Source of the DNA: Nemertoderma westbladi
Taxonomy: Eukaryota; Animalia; Xenacoelomorpha
NCBI GenBank assembly: GCA_032718475.1
Contig: JAUCBJ010003662.1
Coordinates: 1 to 64,000, forward strand
Direction: 5' to 3'
DNA: 64,000 nt
Shown in pieces: positions 51,201 through 64,000 of this stretch. The position numbers were made by a program, and so were the translations under genes. Under the pieces are notes generated by a model. The model was not told the DNA's origin and made no database searches. It was given only the letters and a program-made list of their open reading frames with translations. The first letter of the stretch is position 1. Each line of letters starts with the position of its first letter.

Positions 51201-54200
51201 TTCAGTTGTATTACGTGGTTCTGTTGTTTGTTTGCTCACCTGTTCAGTTTTATTACGTGGTTCTGTTGTTTGTTTGCTCACCTGTTCAGTTGTATTACGT
51301 GGTTCTGTTGTTTGTTTGCTCACCTGTTCAGTTTTATTACGTGGTTCTGTTGTTTGTTTGCTCACCTGTTCAGTTTTTGTTTGCTCACCTGTTCAGTTTT
51401 ATTACGTGGTTCTGTTGTTTGTTTGCTCACCTGTTCAGTTTTATTACGTGGTTCTGTTGTTTGTTTGCTCACCTGTTCAGTTTTATTACGTGGTTCTGTT
51501 GTTTGTTTGCTCACCTGTTCAGTTGTATTACGTGGTTCTGTTGTTTGTTTGCTCACCTGTTCAGTTTTATTACGTGGTTCTGTTGTTTGTTTGCTCACCT
51601 GTTCAGTTGTATTACGTGGTTCTGTTGTTTGTTTGCTCACCTGTTCAGTTGTATTACGTGGTTCTGTTGTTTGTTTGCTCACCTGTTCAGTTTTATTACG
51701 TGGTTCTGTTGTTTGTTTGCTCACCTGTTCAGTTGTATTACGTGGTTCTGTTGTTTGTTTGCTCACCTGTTCAGTTTTATTACGTGGTTCTGTTGTTTTT
51801 GATTGCTCACCTGTTCAGTTGTATTACGTGGTTCTGTTGTTTGTTTGCTCACCTGTTCAGTTTTATTACGTGGTTCTGTTGTTTGTTTACTCACCTGTTT
51901 AGTTTTTGTTTGCTCACCTGTTCAGTTGTATTACGTGGTTCTGTTGTTTGTTTGCTCACCTGTTCAGTTTTATTACGTGGTTCTGTTGTTTGTTTGCTCA
52001 CCTGTTTAGTTTTTGTTTGCTCACCTGTTCAGTTTTATTACGTGGTTCTGTTGTTTGTTTGCTCACCTGTTTAGTTTTATTATGTGGTTCTGTTGTTTGT
52101 TTGCTCACCTGTTCAGTTTTATTACGTGGTTCTGTTGTTTGTTTGCTCACCTGTTCAGTTGTATTACGTGGTTCTGTTGTTTGTTTACTCACCTGTTTAG
52201 TTTTTGTTTGCTCACCTGTTCAGTTTTATTACGTGGTTCTGTTGTTTGTTTGCTCACCTGTTCAGTTTTATTACGTGGTTCTGTTGTTTGTTTGCTCACC
52301 TGTTCAGTTTTATTACGTGGTTCTGTTGTTTGTTTGCTCACCTGTTCAGTTGTATTACGTGGTTCTGTTGTTTGTTTGCTCACCTGTTCAGTTTTATTAC
52401 GTGGTTCTGTTGTTTGTTTGCTCACCTGTTCAATTGTATTACGTGGTTCTGTTGTTTGTTTGCTCACCTGTTCAGTTTTATTACGTGGTTCTGTTGTTTG
52501 TTTGCTCCCCTGTTCAGTTGTATTACGTGGTTCTGCTGTTTGTTTGCTCACCTGTTCAGTTGTATTACGTGGTTCTGTTGTTTGTTTGCTCACCTGTTCA
52601 GTTGTAATACGTGGTTCTGTTGTTTGTTTGCTCACCTGTTCAGTTGTATTACGTGGTTCTGTTGTTTGTTTGCTCACCTGTTCACGTTTTTTTTACGTGG
52701 TTCTGTTGTTTGTTTGCTCACCTGTTCAGTTGTATTACGTGGTTCTGTTGTTTGTTTGCTCACCTGTTCAGTTTTATTACGTGGTTCTGTTGTTTGTTTG
52801 CTCACCTGTTCAGTTGTATTACGTGGTTCTGTTGTTTGTTTGCTCACCTGTTCAGTTTTATTACGTGGTTCTGTTGTTTGTTTGCTCACCTGTTCAGTTG
52901 TAATACGTGGTTCTGTTGTTTGTTTGCTCACCTGTTCAGTTGTATTACGTGGTTCTGTTGTTTGTTTGCTCACCTGTTCAGTTTTATTACGTGGTTCTGT
53001 TGTTTGTTTTCTCACCTGTTCAGGTTTTTTTACGTGGTTCTGTTGTTTGTTTGCTCACCTGTTCAGTTGTATTACGTGGTTCTGTTGTTTGTTTGCTCAC
53101 CTGTTCAGTTGTATTACGTGGTTCTGTTGTTTGTTTGCTCACCTGTTCAGTTGTATTACGTGGTTCTGCTGTTTGTTTGCTCACCTGTTCAGTTGTATTA
53201 CGTGGTTCTGTTGTTTGTTTGCTCACCTGTTCAGTTTTATTACGTGGTTCTGTTGTTTGTTTGCTCACCTGTTCAGTTGTATTACGTGGTTCTGTTGTTT
53301 GTTTGCTCACCTGTTCAGTTGTATTACGTGGTTCTGTTGTTTGTTTGCTCACCTGTTCAGTTTTATTACGTGGTTCTGTTGTTTGTTTGCTCACCTGTTC
53401 AGTTTTATTACGTGGTTCTGTTGTTTGTTTGCTCACCTGTTCAGTTGTATTACGTGGTTCTGTTGTTTTTTTGCTCACCTGTTTAGTTTTTGTTTGCTCA
53501 CCTGTTCAGTTTTATTACGTGGTTCTGTTGTTTGTTTACTCACCTGTTTAGTTTTTGTTTGCTCACCTGTTCAGTTGTATTACGTGGTTCTGTTGTTTGT
53601 TTGCTCACCTGTTCAGTTTTATTACGTGGTTCTGTTGTTTGTTTGCTCACCTGTTCAGTTTTATTACGTGGTTCTGTTGTTTGTTTGCTCACCTGTTCAG
53701 TTGTATTACGTGGTTCTGTTGTTTGTTTGCTCACCTGTTCAGTTGTATTACGTGGTTCTGTTGTTTGTTTGCTCACCTGTTCAGTTTTATTACGTGGTTC
53801 TGTTGTTTGTTTGCTCACCTGTTCAGTTGTATTACGTGGTTCTGTTGTTTGTTTGCTCACCTGTTTAGTTTTTGTTTGCTCACCTGTTCAGTTTTATTAC
53901 GTGGTTCTGTTGTTTGTTTACTCACCTGTTTAGTTTTTGTTTGCTCACCTGTTCAGTTGTATTACGTGGTTCTGTTGTTTGTTTGCTCACCTGTTCAGTT
54001 TTATTACGAGGTTCTGTTGTTTGTTTGCTCACCTGTTCAGTTTTATTACGTGGTTCTGTTGTTTGTTTGCTCACCTGTTCAGTTGTATTACGTGGTTCTG
54101 TTGTTTGTTTGCTCACCTGTTCAGTTGTATTACGTGGTTCTGTTGTTTGTTTGCTCACCTGTTCAGGTTTTTTTTACGTGGTTCTGTTGTTTGTTTGCTC

Positions 54201-57200
54201 ACCTGTTCAGTTTTATTACGTGGTTCTGTTGTTTGTTTGCTCACCTGTTCAGTTTTATTACGTGGTTCTGTTGTTTGTTTGCTCACCTGTTCAGTTGTAA
54301 TACGTGGTTCTGTTGTTTGTTTGCTCACCTGTTCAGTTGTATTACGTGGTTCTGTTGTTTGTTTGCTCACCTGTTCAGGTTTTTTTTACGTGGTTCTGTT
54401 GTTTGTTTGCTCACCTGTTCAGTTGTATTACGTGGTTCTGTTGTTTGTTTGCTCACCTGTTCAGTTGTATTACGTGGTTCTGTTGTTTGTTTGCTCACCT
54501 GTTCAGTTGTATTACGTGGTTCTGTTGTTTGTTTGCTCACCTGTTCAGTTTTATTACGTGGTTCTGTTGTTTGTTTGCTCACCTGTTCAGTTGTATTACG
54601 TGGTTCTGTTGTTTGTTTGCTCACCTGTTCAGTTGTATTACGTGGTTCTGCTGTTTGTTTGCTCACCTGTTCAGTTGTATTACGTGGTTCTGTTGTTTGT
54701 TTGCTCACCTGTTCAGTTTTATTACGTGGTTCTGTTGTTTGTTTGCTCACCTGTTCAGTTGTATTACGTGGTTCTGTTGTTTGTTTGCTCACCTGTTCAG
54801 TTGTATTACGTGGTTCTGTTGTTTGTTTGCTCACCTGTTCAGTTTTATTACGTGGTTCTGTTGTTTGTTTGCTCACCTGTTCAGTTTTATTACGTGGTTC
54901 TGTTGTTTGTTTGCTCACCTGTTCAGTTGTATTACGTGGTTCTGTTGTTTGTTTGCTCACCTGTTTAGTTTTTGTTTGCTCACCTGTTCAGTTTTATTAC
55001 GTGGTTCTGTTGTTTGTTTACTCACCTGTTTAGTTTTTGTTTGCTCACCTGTTCAGTTGTATTACGTGGTTCTGTTGTTTGTTTGCTCACCTGTTCAGTT
55101 TTATTACGTGGTTCAGTTGTTTGTTTGCTCACCTGTTCAGTTTTATTACGTGGTTCTGTTGTTTGTTTGCTCACCTGTTCAGTTGTATTACGTGGTTCTG
55201 TTGTTTGTTTGCTCACCTGTTCAGTTTTATTACGTGGTTCTGTTGTTTGTTTGCTCACCTGTTCAGTTGTATTACGTGGTTCTGTTGTTTGTTTGCTCAC
55301 CTGTTCAGTTGTATTACGTGGTTCTGTTGTTTGTTTGCTCACCTGTTCAGTTTTATTACGTGGTTCTGTTGTTTGTTTGCTCACCTGTTTAGTTTTATTA
55401 CGTGGTTCTGTTGTTTGTTTGCTCACCTGTTCAGTTGTATTACGTGGTTCTGTTGTTTGTTTGCTCACTTGTTCAGTTGTATTACGTGGTTCTGTTGTTT
55501 GTTTGCTCACCTGTTCAGTTGTATTACGTGGTTCTGTTGTTTGTTTGCTCACCTGTTCAGTTTTATTACGTGGTTCTGTTGTTTGTTTGCTCACCTGTTC
55601 AGTTATATTACGTGGTTCTGTTGTTTGTTTGCTCACCTGTTCAGTTATATTACGTGGTTCTGTTGTTTGTTTGCTCACCTGTTCAGTTTTATTACGTGGT
55701 TCTGTTGTTTGTTTGCTCACCTGTTCAGTTGTATTACGTGGTTCTGTTGTTTGTTTACTCACCTGTTCAGTTGTATTACGTGGTTCTGTTGTTTGTTTGC
55801 TCACCTGTTCAGTTGTATTACGTGGTTCTGTTGTTTGTTTGCTCACCTGTTCAGTTGTATTACGTGGTTCTGTTGTTTGTTTACTCACCTGTTCAGTTGT
55901 ATTACGTGGTTCTGTTGTTTGTTTACTCACCTGTTCAGTTGTATTACGTGGTTCTGTTGTTTGTTTGCTCACCTGTTCAGTTTTATTACGTGGTTCTGTT
56001 GTTTGTTTGCTCACCTGTTCAGTTGTATTACGTGGTTCTGTTGTTTGTTTGCTCACCTGTTCCGTTATATTACGTGGTTCTGTTGTTTGTTTGCTCACCT
56101 GTTCAGTTGTATTACGTGGTTCTGTTGTTTGTTTGCTCACCTGTTCAGTTTTATTACGTGGTTCTGTTGTTTGTTTGCTCACCTGTTCAGTTGTATTACG
56201 TGGTTCTGTTGTTTGTTTGCTCACCTGTTCAGTTTTATTACGTGGTTCTCTTGCTTGTTTGCTCACCTGTTCAGTTTTATAACGTGGTTCTGTTGTTTGT
56301 TTGCTCACCTGTTCAGTTGTATTACGTGGTTCTGTTGTTTGTTTGCTCACCTGTTCAGTTATATTACGTGGTTCTGTTGTTTGTTTGCTCACCTGTTCAG
56401 TTTTATTACGTGGTTCCGTTGTTTGTTTGCTCACCTGTTCAGTTTTATTACGTGGTTCTGTTGTTTGTTTGCTCACATGTTCAGTTGTATTACGTGGTTC
56501 TGTTGTTTGTTTGCTCACCTGTTCAGTTTTATTACGTGGTTCTGTTGTTTGTTTGCTCACCTGTTCAGTTTTATTACGTGGTTCTGTTGTTTGTTTGCTC
56601 ACCTGTTCAGTTGTATTACGTGGTTCTGTTGTTTGTTTGCTCACCTGTTCAGTTATATTACGTGGTTCTGTTGTTTGTTTGCTCACCTGTTCAGTTATAT
56701 TACGTGGTTCTGTTGTTTGTTTGCTCACCTGTTCAGTTGTATTACGTGGTTCTGTTGTTTGTTTGCTCACCTGTTCAGTTTTATTACGTGGTTCTGTTGT
56801 TTGTTTGCTCACCTGTTCAGTTATATTACGTGGGTCTGTTGTTTGTTTGCTCACCTGTTCAGTTGTACATGTATTCCATGGTTCTGTTGTTTGTTTGCTC
56901 ACCTGTTCAGGTTTTTTACGTGGTTCTGTTGTTTGTTTGCTCACCTGTTCAGTTGTATTACGTGGTTCTGTTGTTTGTTTGCTCACCTGTTCAGTTGTAT
57001 TACGTGGTTCTGTTGTTTGTTTGCTCACCTGTTCAGTTGTATTACGTGGTTCTGTTGTTTGTTTGCTCACCTGTTCAGTTTTATTACGTGGTTCTGTTGT
57101 TTGTTTGCTCAGCTGTTCAGTTATATTACGTGGTTCTGTTGTTTGTTTGCTCACCTGTTCAGTTATATTACGTGGTTCTGTTGTTTGTTTGCTCACCTGT

Positions 57201-60200
57201 TCAGTTTTATTACGTGGTTCTGTTGTTTGTTTGCTCACCTGTTCAGTTATATTACGTGGTTCTGTTGTTTGTTTGCTCACCTGTTCAGTTGTATTACGTG
57301 GTTCTGTTGTTTGTTTGCTCACCTGTTCAGTTTTATTACGTGGTTCTGTTGTTTGTTTGCTCACCTGTTCAGTTGTATTACGTGGTTCTGTTGTTTGTTT
57401 GCTCACCTGTTCAGTTTTATTACGTGGTTCTGTTGTTTGTTTGCTCACCTGTTCAGTTTTATAACGTGGTTCTGTTGTTTGTTTGCTCACCTGTTCAGTT
57501 GTATTACGTGGTTCTGTTGTTAGTTTGCTCACCTTTTCAGTTTTATTACGTGGTTCTGTTGTTTGTTTGCTCACCTGTTCAGTTTTATTACGTGGTTCTG
57601 TTGTTTGTTTGCTCACCTGTTCAGTTGTATTACGTGGTTCTGTTGTTTGTTTGCTCACCTGTTCAGTTTTATTACGTGGTTCTGTTGTTTGTTTGCTCAT
57701 CTGTTCAGTTTTATTACGTGGTTCTGTTGTTTGTTTGCTCACCTGTTCAGTTTTATTACGTGGTTCTGTTGTTTGTTTGCTCACCTGTTCAGTTGTATTA
57801 CGTGGTTCTGATGTTTGTTTACTCACCTGTTTAGTTTTTGTTTGCTCACCTGTTCAGTTTTATTACGTGGTTCTGTTGTTTGTTTACTCACCTGTTTAGT
57901 TTTTGTTTGCTCACCTGTTCAGTTGTATTACGTGGTTCTGTTGTTTGTTTGCTCACCTGTTCAGTTTTATTACGTGGTTCTGTTGTTTGTTTGCTCACCT
58001 GTTCAGTTTTATTACGTGGTTCTGTTGTTTGTTTGCTCACCTGTTCAGTTGTAATACGTGGTTCTGTTGTTTGTTTGCTCACCTGTTCAGTTGTATTACG
58101 TGGTTCTGTTGTTTGTTTGCTCACCTGTTCAGGTTTTTTTTACGTGGTTCTGTTGTTTGTTTGCTCACCTGTTCAGTTGTATTACGTGGTTCTGTTGTTT
58201 GTTTGCTCACCTGTTCAGTTTTATTACGTGGTTCTGTTGTTTGTTTGCTCACCTGTTCAGTTGTAATACGTGGTTCTGTTGTTTGTTTGCTCACCTGTTC
58301 AGTTGTATTACGTGGTTCTGTTGTTTGTTTGCTCACCTGTTCAGGTTTTTTTTACGTGGTTCTGTTGTTTGTTTGCTCACCTGTTCAGTTGTATTACGTG
58401 GTTCTGTTGTTTGTTTGCTCACCTGTTTAGTTTTTGTTTGCTCACCTGTTTAGTTTTTGTTTGCTCACCTGTTCAGTTTTATTACGTGGTTCTGTTGTTT
58501 GTTTGCTCACCTGTTTAGTTTTTGTTTGCTCACCTGTTTAGTTTTTGTTTGCTCACCTGTTCAGTTTTATTACGTGGTTCTGTTGTTTGTTTGCTCACCT
58601 GTTCAGTTGTATTACGTGGTTCTGTTGTTTGTTTGCTCACCTGTTCAGTTGTATTACGTGGTTCTGTTGTTTGTTTGCTCACCTGTTCAGTTTTATTACG
58701 TGGTTCTGTTGTTTGTTTGCTCACCTGTTCAGTTGTATTACGTGGTTCTGTTGTTTGTTTGCTCACCTGTTCAGTTGTATTACGTGGTTCTGCTGATTGT
58801 TTGCTCACCTGTTCAGTTGTATTACGTGGTTCTGTTGTTTGTTTGCTCACCTGTCCAGTTGTATTACGTGGTTCTGTTGTTTGTTTGCTCACCTGTTCAG
58901 TTGTATTACGTGGTTCTGTTGTTTGTTTGCTCACCTGTTCAGTTGTATTACGTGGTTCTGTTGTTTGTTTGCTCACCTGTTCAGTTTTATTACGTGGTTC
59001 TGTTGTTTGTTTGCTCACCTGTTCAGTTGTATTACGTGGTTCTGTTGTTTGTTTGCTCACCTGTTCAGTTGTATTACGTGGTTCTGCTGATTGTTTGCTC
59101 ACCTGTTCAGTTGTATTACGTGGTTCTGTTGTTTGTTTGCTCACCTGTTCAGTTGTATTACGTGGTTCTGTTGTTTGTTTGCTCACCTGTTCAGTTTTAT
59201 TACGTGGTTCTGTTGTTTGTTTGCTCACCTGTTCAGTTTTATTACGTGGTTCTGTTGTTTGTTTGCTCACCTGTTCAGTTGTATTACGTGGTTCTGCTGA
59301 TTGTTTGCTCACCTGTTCAGTTGTATTACGTGGTTCTGTTGTTTGTTTGCTCACCAGTTCAGTTGTATTACGTGGTTCTGTTGTTTGTTTGCTCACCTGT
59401 TCAGTTTTATTACGTGGTTCTGTTGTTTGTTTGCTCACCTGTTCAGTTGTATTACGTGGTTCTGTTGTTTGTTTGCTCACCTGTTCAGTTGTATTACGTG
59501 GTTCTGTTGTTTGTTTGCGCACCTGTTCAGTTGTATTACGTGGTTCTGTTGTTTGTTTGCTCACCTGTTCAGTTTTATTACGTGGTTCTGTTGTTTGTTT
59601 GCTCATCTGTTCAGTTTTATTACGTGGTTCTGTTGTTTGTTTGCTCACCTGTTCAGTTTTATTACGTGGTTCTGTTGTTTGTTTGCTCACCTGTTCAGTT
59701 GTATTACGTGGTTCTGATGTTTGTTTACTCACCTGTTTAGTTTTTGTTTGCTCACCTGTTCAGTTTTATTACGTGGTTCTGTTGTTTGTTTACTCACCTG
59801 TTTAGTTTTTGTTTGCTCACCTGTTCAGTTGTATTACGTGGTTCTGTTGTTTGTTTGCTCACCTGTTCAGTTTTATTACGTGGTTCTGTTGTTTGTTTGC
59901 TCACCTGTTCAGTTTTATTACGTGGTTCTGTTGTTTGTTTGCTCACCTGTTCAGTTGTAATACGTGGTTCTGTTGTTTGTTTGCTCACCTGTTCAGTTGT
60001 ATTACGTGGTTCTGTTGTTTGTTTGCTCACCTGTTCAGGTTTTTTTTACGTGGTTCTGTTGTTTGTTTGCTCACCTGTTCAGTTGTATTACGTGGTTCTG
60101 TTGTTTGTTTGCTCACCTGTTCAGTTTTATTACGTGGTTCTGTTGTTTGTTTGCTCACCTGTTCAGTTGTAATACGTGGTTCTGTTGTTTGTTTGCTCAC

Positions 60201-63200
60201 CTGTTCAGTTGTATTACGTGGTTCTGTTGTTTGTTTGCTCACCTGTTCAGGTTTTTTTTACGTGGTTCTGTTGTTTGTTTGCTCACCTGTTCAGTTGTAT
60301 TACGTGGTTCTGTTGTTTGTTTGCTCACCTGTTTAGTTTTTGTTTGCTCACCTGTTTAGTTTTTGTTTGCTCACCTGTTCAGTTTTATTACGTGGTTCTG
60401 TTGTTTGTTTGCTCACCTGTTTAGTTTTTGTTTGCTCACCTGTTTAGTTTTTGTTTGCTCACCTGTTCAGTTTTATTACGTGGTTCTGTTGTTTGTTTGC
60501 TCACCTGTTCAGTTGTATTACGTGGTTCTGTTGTTTGTTTGCTCACCTGTTCAGTTGTATTACGTGGTTCTGTTGTTTGTTTGCTCACCTGTTCAGTTTT
60601 ATTACGTGGTTCTGTTGTTTGTTTGCTCACCTGTTCAGTTGTATTACGTGGTTCTGTTGTTTGTTTGCTCACCTGTTCAGTTGTATTACGTGGTTCTGCT
60701 GATTGTTTGCTCACCTGTTCAGTTGTATTACGTGGTTCTGTTGTTTGTTTGCTCACCTGTCCAGTTGTATTACGTGGTTCTGTTGTTTGTTTGCTCACCT
60801 GTTCAGTTGTATTACGTGGTTCTGTTGTTTGTTTGCTCACCTGTTCAGTTGTATTACGTGGTTCTGTTGTTTGTTTGCTCACCTGTTCAGTTTTATTACG
60901 TGGTTCTGTTGTTTGTTTGCTCACCTGTTCAGTTGTATTACGTGGTTCTGTTGTTTGTTTGCTCACCTGTTCAGTTGTATTACGTGGTTCTGCTGATTGT
61001 TTGCTCACCTGTTCAGTTGTATTACGTGGTTCTGTTGTTTGTTTGCTCACCTGTTCAGTTGTATTACGTGGTTCTGTTGTTTGTTTGCTCACCTGTTCAG
61101 TTTTATTACGTGGTTCTGTTGTTTGTTTGCTCACCTGTTCAGTTTTATTACGTGGTTCTGTTGTTTGTTTGCTCACCTGTTCAGTTGTATTACGTGGTTC
61201 TGCTGATTGTTTGCTCACCTGTTCAGTTGTATTACGTGGTTCTGTTGTTTGTTTGCTCACCAGTTCAGTTGTATTACGTGGTTCTGTTGTTTGTTTGCTC
61301 ACCTGTTCAGTTTTATTACGTGGTTCTGTTGTTTGTTTGCTCACCTGTTCAGTTGTATTACGTGGTTCTGTTGTTTGTTTGCTCACCTGTTCAGTTGTAT
61401 TACGTGGTTCTGTTGTTTGTTTGCGCACCTGTTCAGTTGTATTACGTGGTTCTGTTGTTTGTTTGCTCACCTGTTCAGTTTTATTACGTGGTTCTGTTGT
61501 TTGTTTGCTCATCTGTTCAGTTTTATTACGTGGTTCTGTTGTTTGTTTGCTCACCTGTTCAGTTTTATTACGTGGTTCTGTTGTTTGTTTGCTCACCTGT
61601 TCAGTTGTATTACGTGGTTCTGATGTTTGTTTACTCACCTGTTTAGTTTTTGTTTGCTCACCTGTTCAGTTTTATTACGTGGTTCTGTTGTTTGTTTACT
61701 CACCTGTTTAGTTTTTGTTTGCTCACCTGTTCAGTTGTATTACGTGGTTCTGTTGTTTGTTTGCTCACCTGTTCAGTTTTATTACGTGGTTCTGTTGTTT
61801 GTTTGCTCACCTGTTCAGTTTTATTACGTGGTTCTGTTGTTTGTTTGCTCACCTGTTCAGTTGTAATACGTGGTTCTGTTGTTTGTTTGCTCACCTGTTC
61901 AGTTGTATTACGTGGTTCTGTTGTTTGTTTGCTCACCTGTTCAGGTTTTTTTTACGTGGTTCTGTTGTTTGTTTGCTCACCTGTTCAGTTGTATTACGTG
62001 GTTCTGTTGTTTGTTTGCTCACCTGTTCAGTTTTATTACGTGGTTCTGTTGTTTGTTTGCTCACCTGTTCAGTTGTAATACGTGGTTCTGTTGTTTGTTT
62101 GCTCACCTGTTCAGTTGTATTACGTGGTTCTGTTGTTTGTTTGCTCACCTGTTCAGGTTTTTTTTTACGTGGTTCTGTTGTTTGTTTGCTCACCTGTTCA
62201 GTTGTATTACGTGGTTCTGTTGTTTGTTTGCTCACCTGTTTAGTTTTTGTTTGCTCACCTGTTTAGTTTTTGTTTGCTCACCTGTTCAGTTTTATTACGT
62301 GGTTCTGTTGTTTGTTTGCTCACCTGTTTAGTTTTTGTTTGCTCACCTGTTTAGTTTTTGTTTGCTCACCTGTTCAGTTTTATTACGTGGTTCTGTTGTT
62401 TGTTTGCTCACCTGTTCAGTTGTATTACGTGGTTCTGTTGTTTAGTTTGCTCACCTGTTCAGTTGTATTACGTGGTTCTGTTGTTTGTTTGCTCACCTGT
62501 TCAGTTTTATTACGTGGTTCTGTTGTTTGTTTGCTCACCTGTTCAGTTGTATTACGTGGTTCTGTTGTTTGTTTGCTCACCTGTTCAGTTGTATTACGTG
62601 GTTCTGCTGATTGTTTGCTCACCTGTTCAGTTGTATTACGTGGTTCTGTTGTTTGTTTGCTCACCTGTTCAGTTGTATTACGTGGTTCTGTTGTTTGTTT
62701 GCTCACCTGTTCAGTTGTATTACGTGGTTCTGTTGTTTGTTTGCTCACCTGTTCAGTTGTATTACGTGGTTCTGTTGTTTGTTTGCTCACCTGTTCAGTT
62801 TTATTACGTGGTTCTGTTGTTTGTTTGCTCACCTGTTCAGTTGTATTACGTGGTTCTGTTGTTTGTTTGCTCACCTGTTCAGTTGTATTACGTGGTTCTG
62901 CTGATTGTTTGCTCACCTGTTCAGTTGTATTACGTGGTTCTGTTGTTTGTTTGCTCACCTGTTCAGTTGTATTACGTGGTTCTGTTGTTTGTTTGCTCAC
63001 CTGTTCAGTTTTATTACGTGGTTCTGTTGTTTGTTTGCTCACCTGTTCAGTTTTATTACGTGGTTCTGTTGTTTGTTTGCTCACCTGTTCAGTTGTATTA
63101 CGTGGTTCTGCTGATTGTTTGCTCACCTGTTCAGTTGTATTACGTGGTTCTGTTGTTTGTTTGCTCACCAGTTCAGTTGTATTACGTGGTTCTGTTGTTG

Positions 63201-64000
63201 TTTGCTCATCTGTTCAGTTTTATTACGTGGTTCTGTTGTTTGTTTGCTCACCTGTTCAGTTGTATTACGTGGTTCTGTTGTTTGTTTGCTCACCTGTTCA
63301 GTTGTATTACGTGGTTCTGTTGTTTGTTTGCTCACCTGTTCAGTTTTATTACGTGGTTCTGTTGTTTGTTTACTCACCTGTTCAGTTGTATTACGTGGTT
63401 CTGTTGTTTGTTTGCTCACCTGTTCAGTTGTATTACGTGGTTCTGTTGTTTGTTTGCTCACCTGTTCAGTTGTATTACGTGGTTCTGTTGTTTGTTTGCT
63501 CACCTGTTCAGTTTTATTACGTGGTTCTGTTGTTTGTTTGCTCACCTGTTCAGTTGTATTACGTGGTTCTGTTGTTTGTTTGCTCACCTGTTTAGTTTTT
63601 GTTTGCTCACCTGTTCAGTTTTATTACGTGGTTCTGTTGTTTGTTTACTCACCTCTTTACTTTTTGTTTGCTCACCTGTTCAGTTGTATTACGTGGTTCT
63701 GTTGTTTGTTTGCTCACCTGTTCAGTTTTATTACGTGGTTCTGTTGTTTGTTTGCTCACCTGTTCAGTTTTATTACGTGGTTCTGTTGTTTGTTTGCTCA
63801 CCTGTTCAGTTGTATTACGTGGTTCTGTTGTTTGTTTGCTCACCTGTTCAGTTTTATTACGTGGTTCTGTTGTTTGTTTGCTCACCTGTTCAGTTGTATT
63901 ACGTGGTTCTGTTGTTTGTTTGCTCACCTGTTCAGTTGTATTACGTGGTTCTGTTGTTTGTTTGCTCACCTGTTCAGTTTTATTACGTGGTTCGGTTGTT
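18238..64000. repeat. 42-bp tandem satellite, consensus GTTTGCTCACCTGTTCAGTTKTATTACGTGGTTCTGTTGTTT, ~1,100 units with higher-order structure, continues beyond the right edge
   Basis: Unit read directly. Main variable site G/T/A (AGTTGTA/AGTTTTA/AGTTATA). Recurrent 23-bp (GTTTGCTCACCTGTTTAGTTTTT), 27-bp, 44-bp (CAGGTTTTTTTTACG) and 48-bp variant units. Confidence 0.99.

Noticed and set aside
18018-64000. Hundreds of Cys/Phe/Val-rich + strand ORFs
   Set aside because: Translations of the 42-bp satellite that switch frame at each 23-bp or 44-bp unit; no unique domain or gene structure.
1-64000. CRISPR array interpretation of the 32-bp or 42-bp repeats
   Set aside because: Units are head-to-tail with no unique spacers, there are no cas genes, and the context is eukaryotic.

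Overview
Eukaryotic genomic DNA, probably from an invertebrate animal (inferred from the F-type lectin exon and the RTE, Gypsy and piggyBac-like elements). About 85% of the window is two tandem arrays that both run off the window edges: a 32-bp satellite (1-8759, ~273 units) and a 42-bp satellite (18238-64000, ~1,100 units) with nested higher-order duplications. Almost all long ORFs in the track are artefacts of these stop-poor repeats. The ~9.5-kb island between the arrays holds an apparently decayed multi-exon minus-strand gene. It has a signal-peptide exon (17503-17551), disrupted middle exons and a clear F-type lectin (fucolectin/FTP) exon (8950-9216). Its introns contain a Ty3/Gypsy pol remnant and a TTAA-bounded piggyBac-like non-autonomous element. 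That element carries two RTE-clade LINE pieces: a 5'-truncated RT half with a (TAG)n tail, then a 5'UTR plus endonuclease half whose UTR has repeated hairpins and a possible pseudoknot. No rRNA, tRNA or CRISPR array is supported. All homology calls are by-eye motif recognition; no searches were run.
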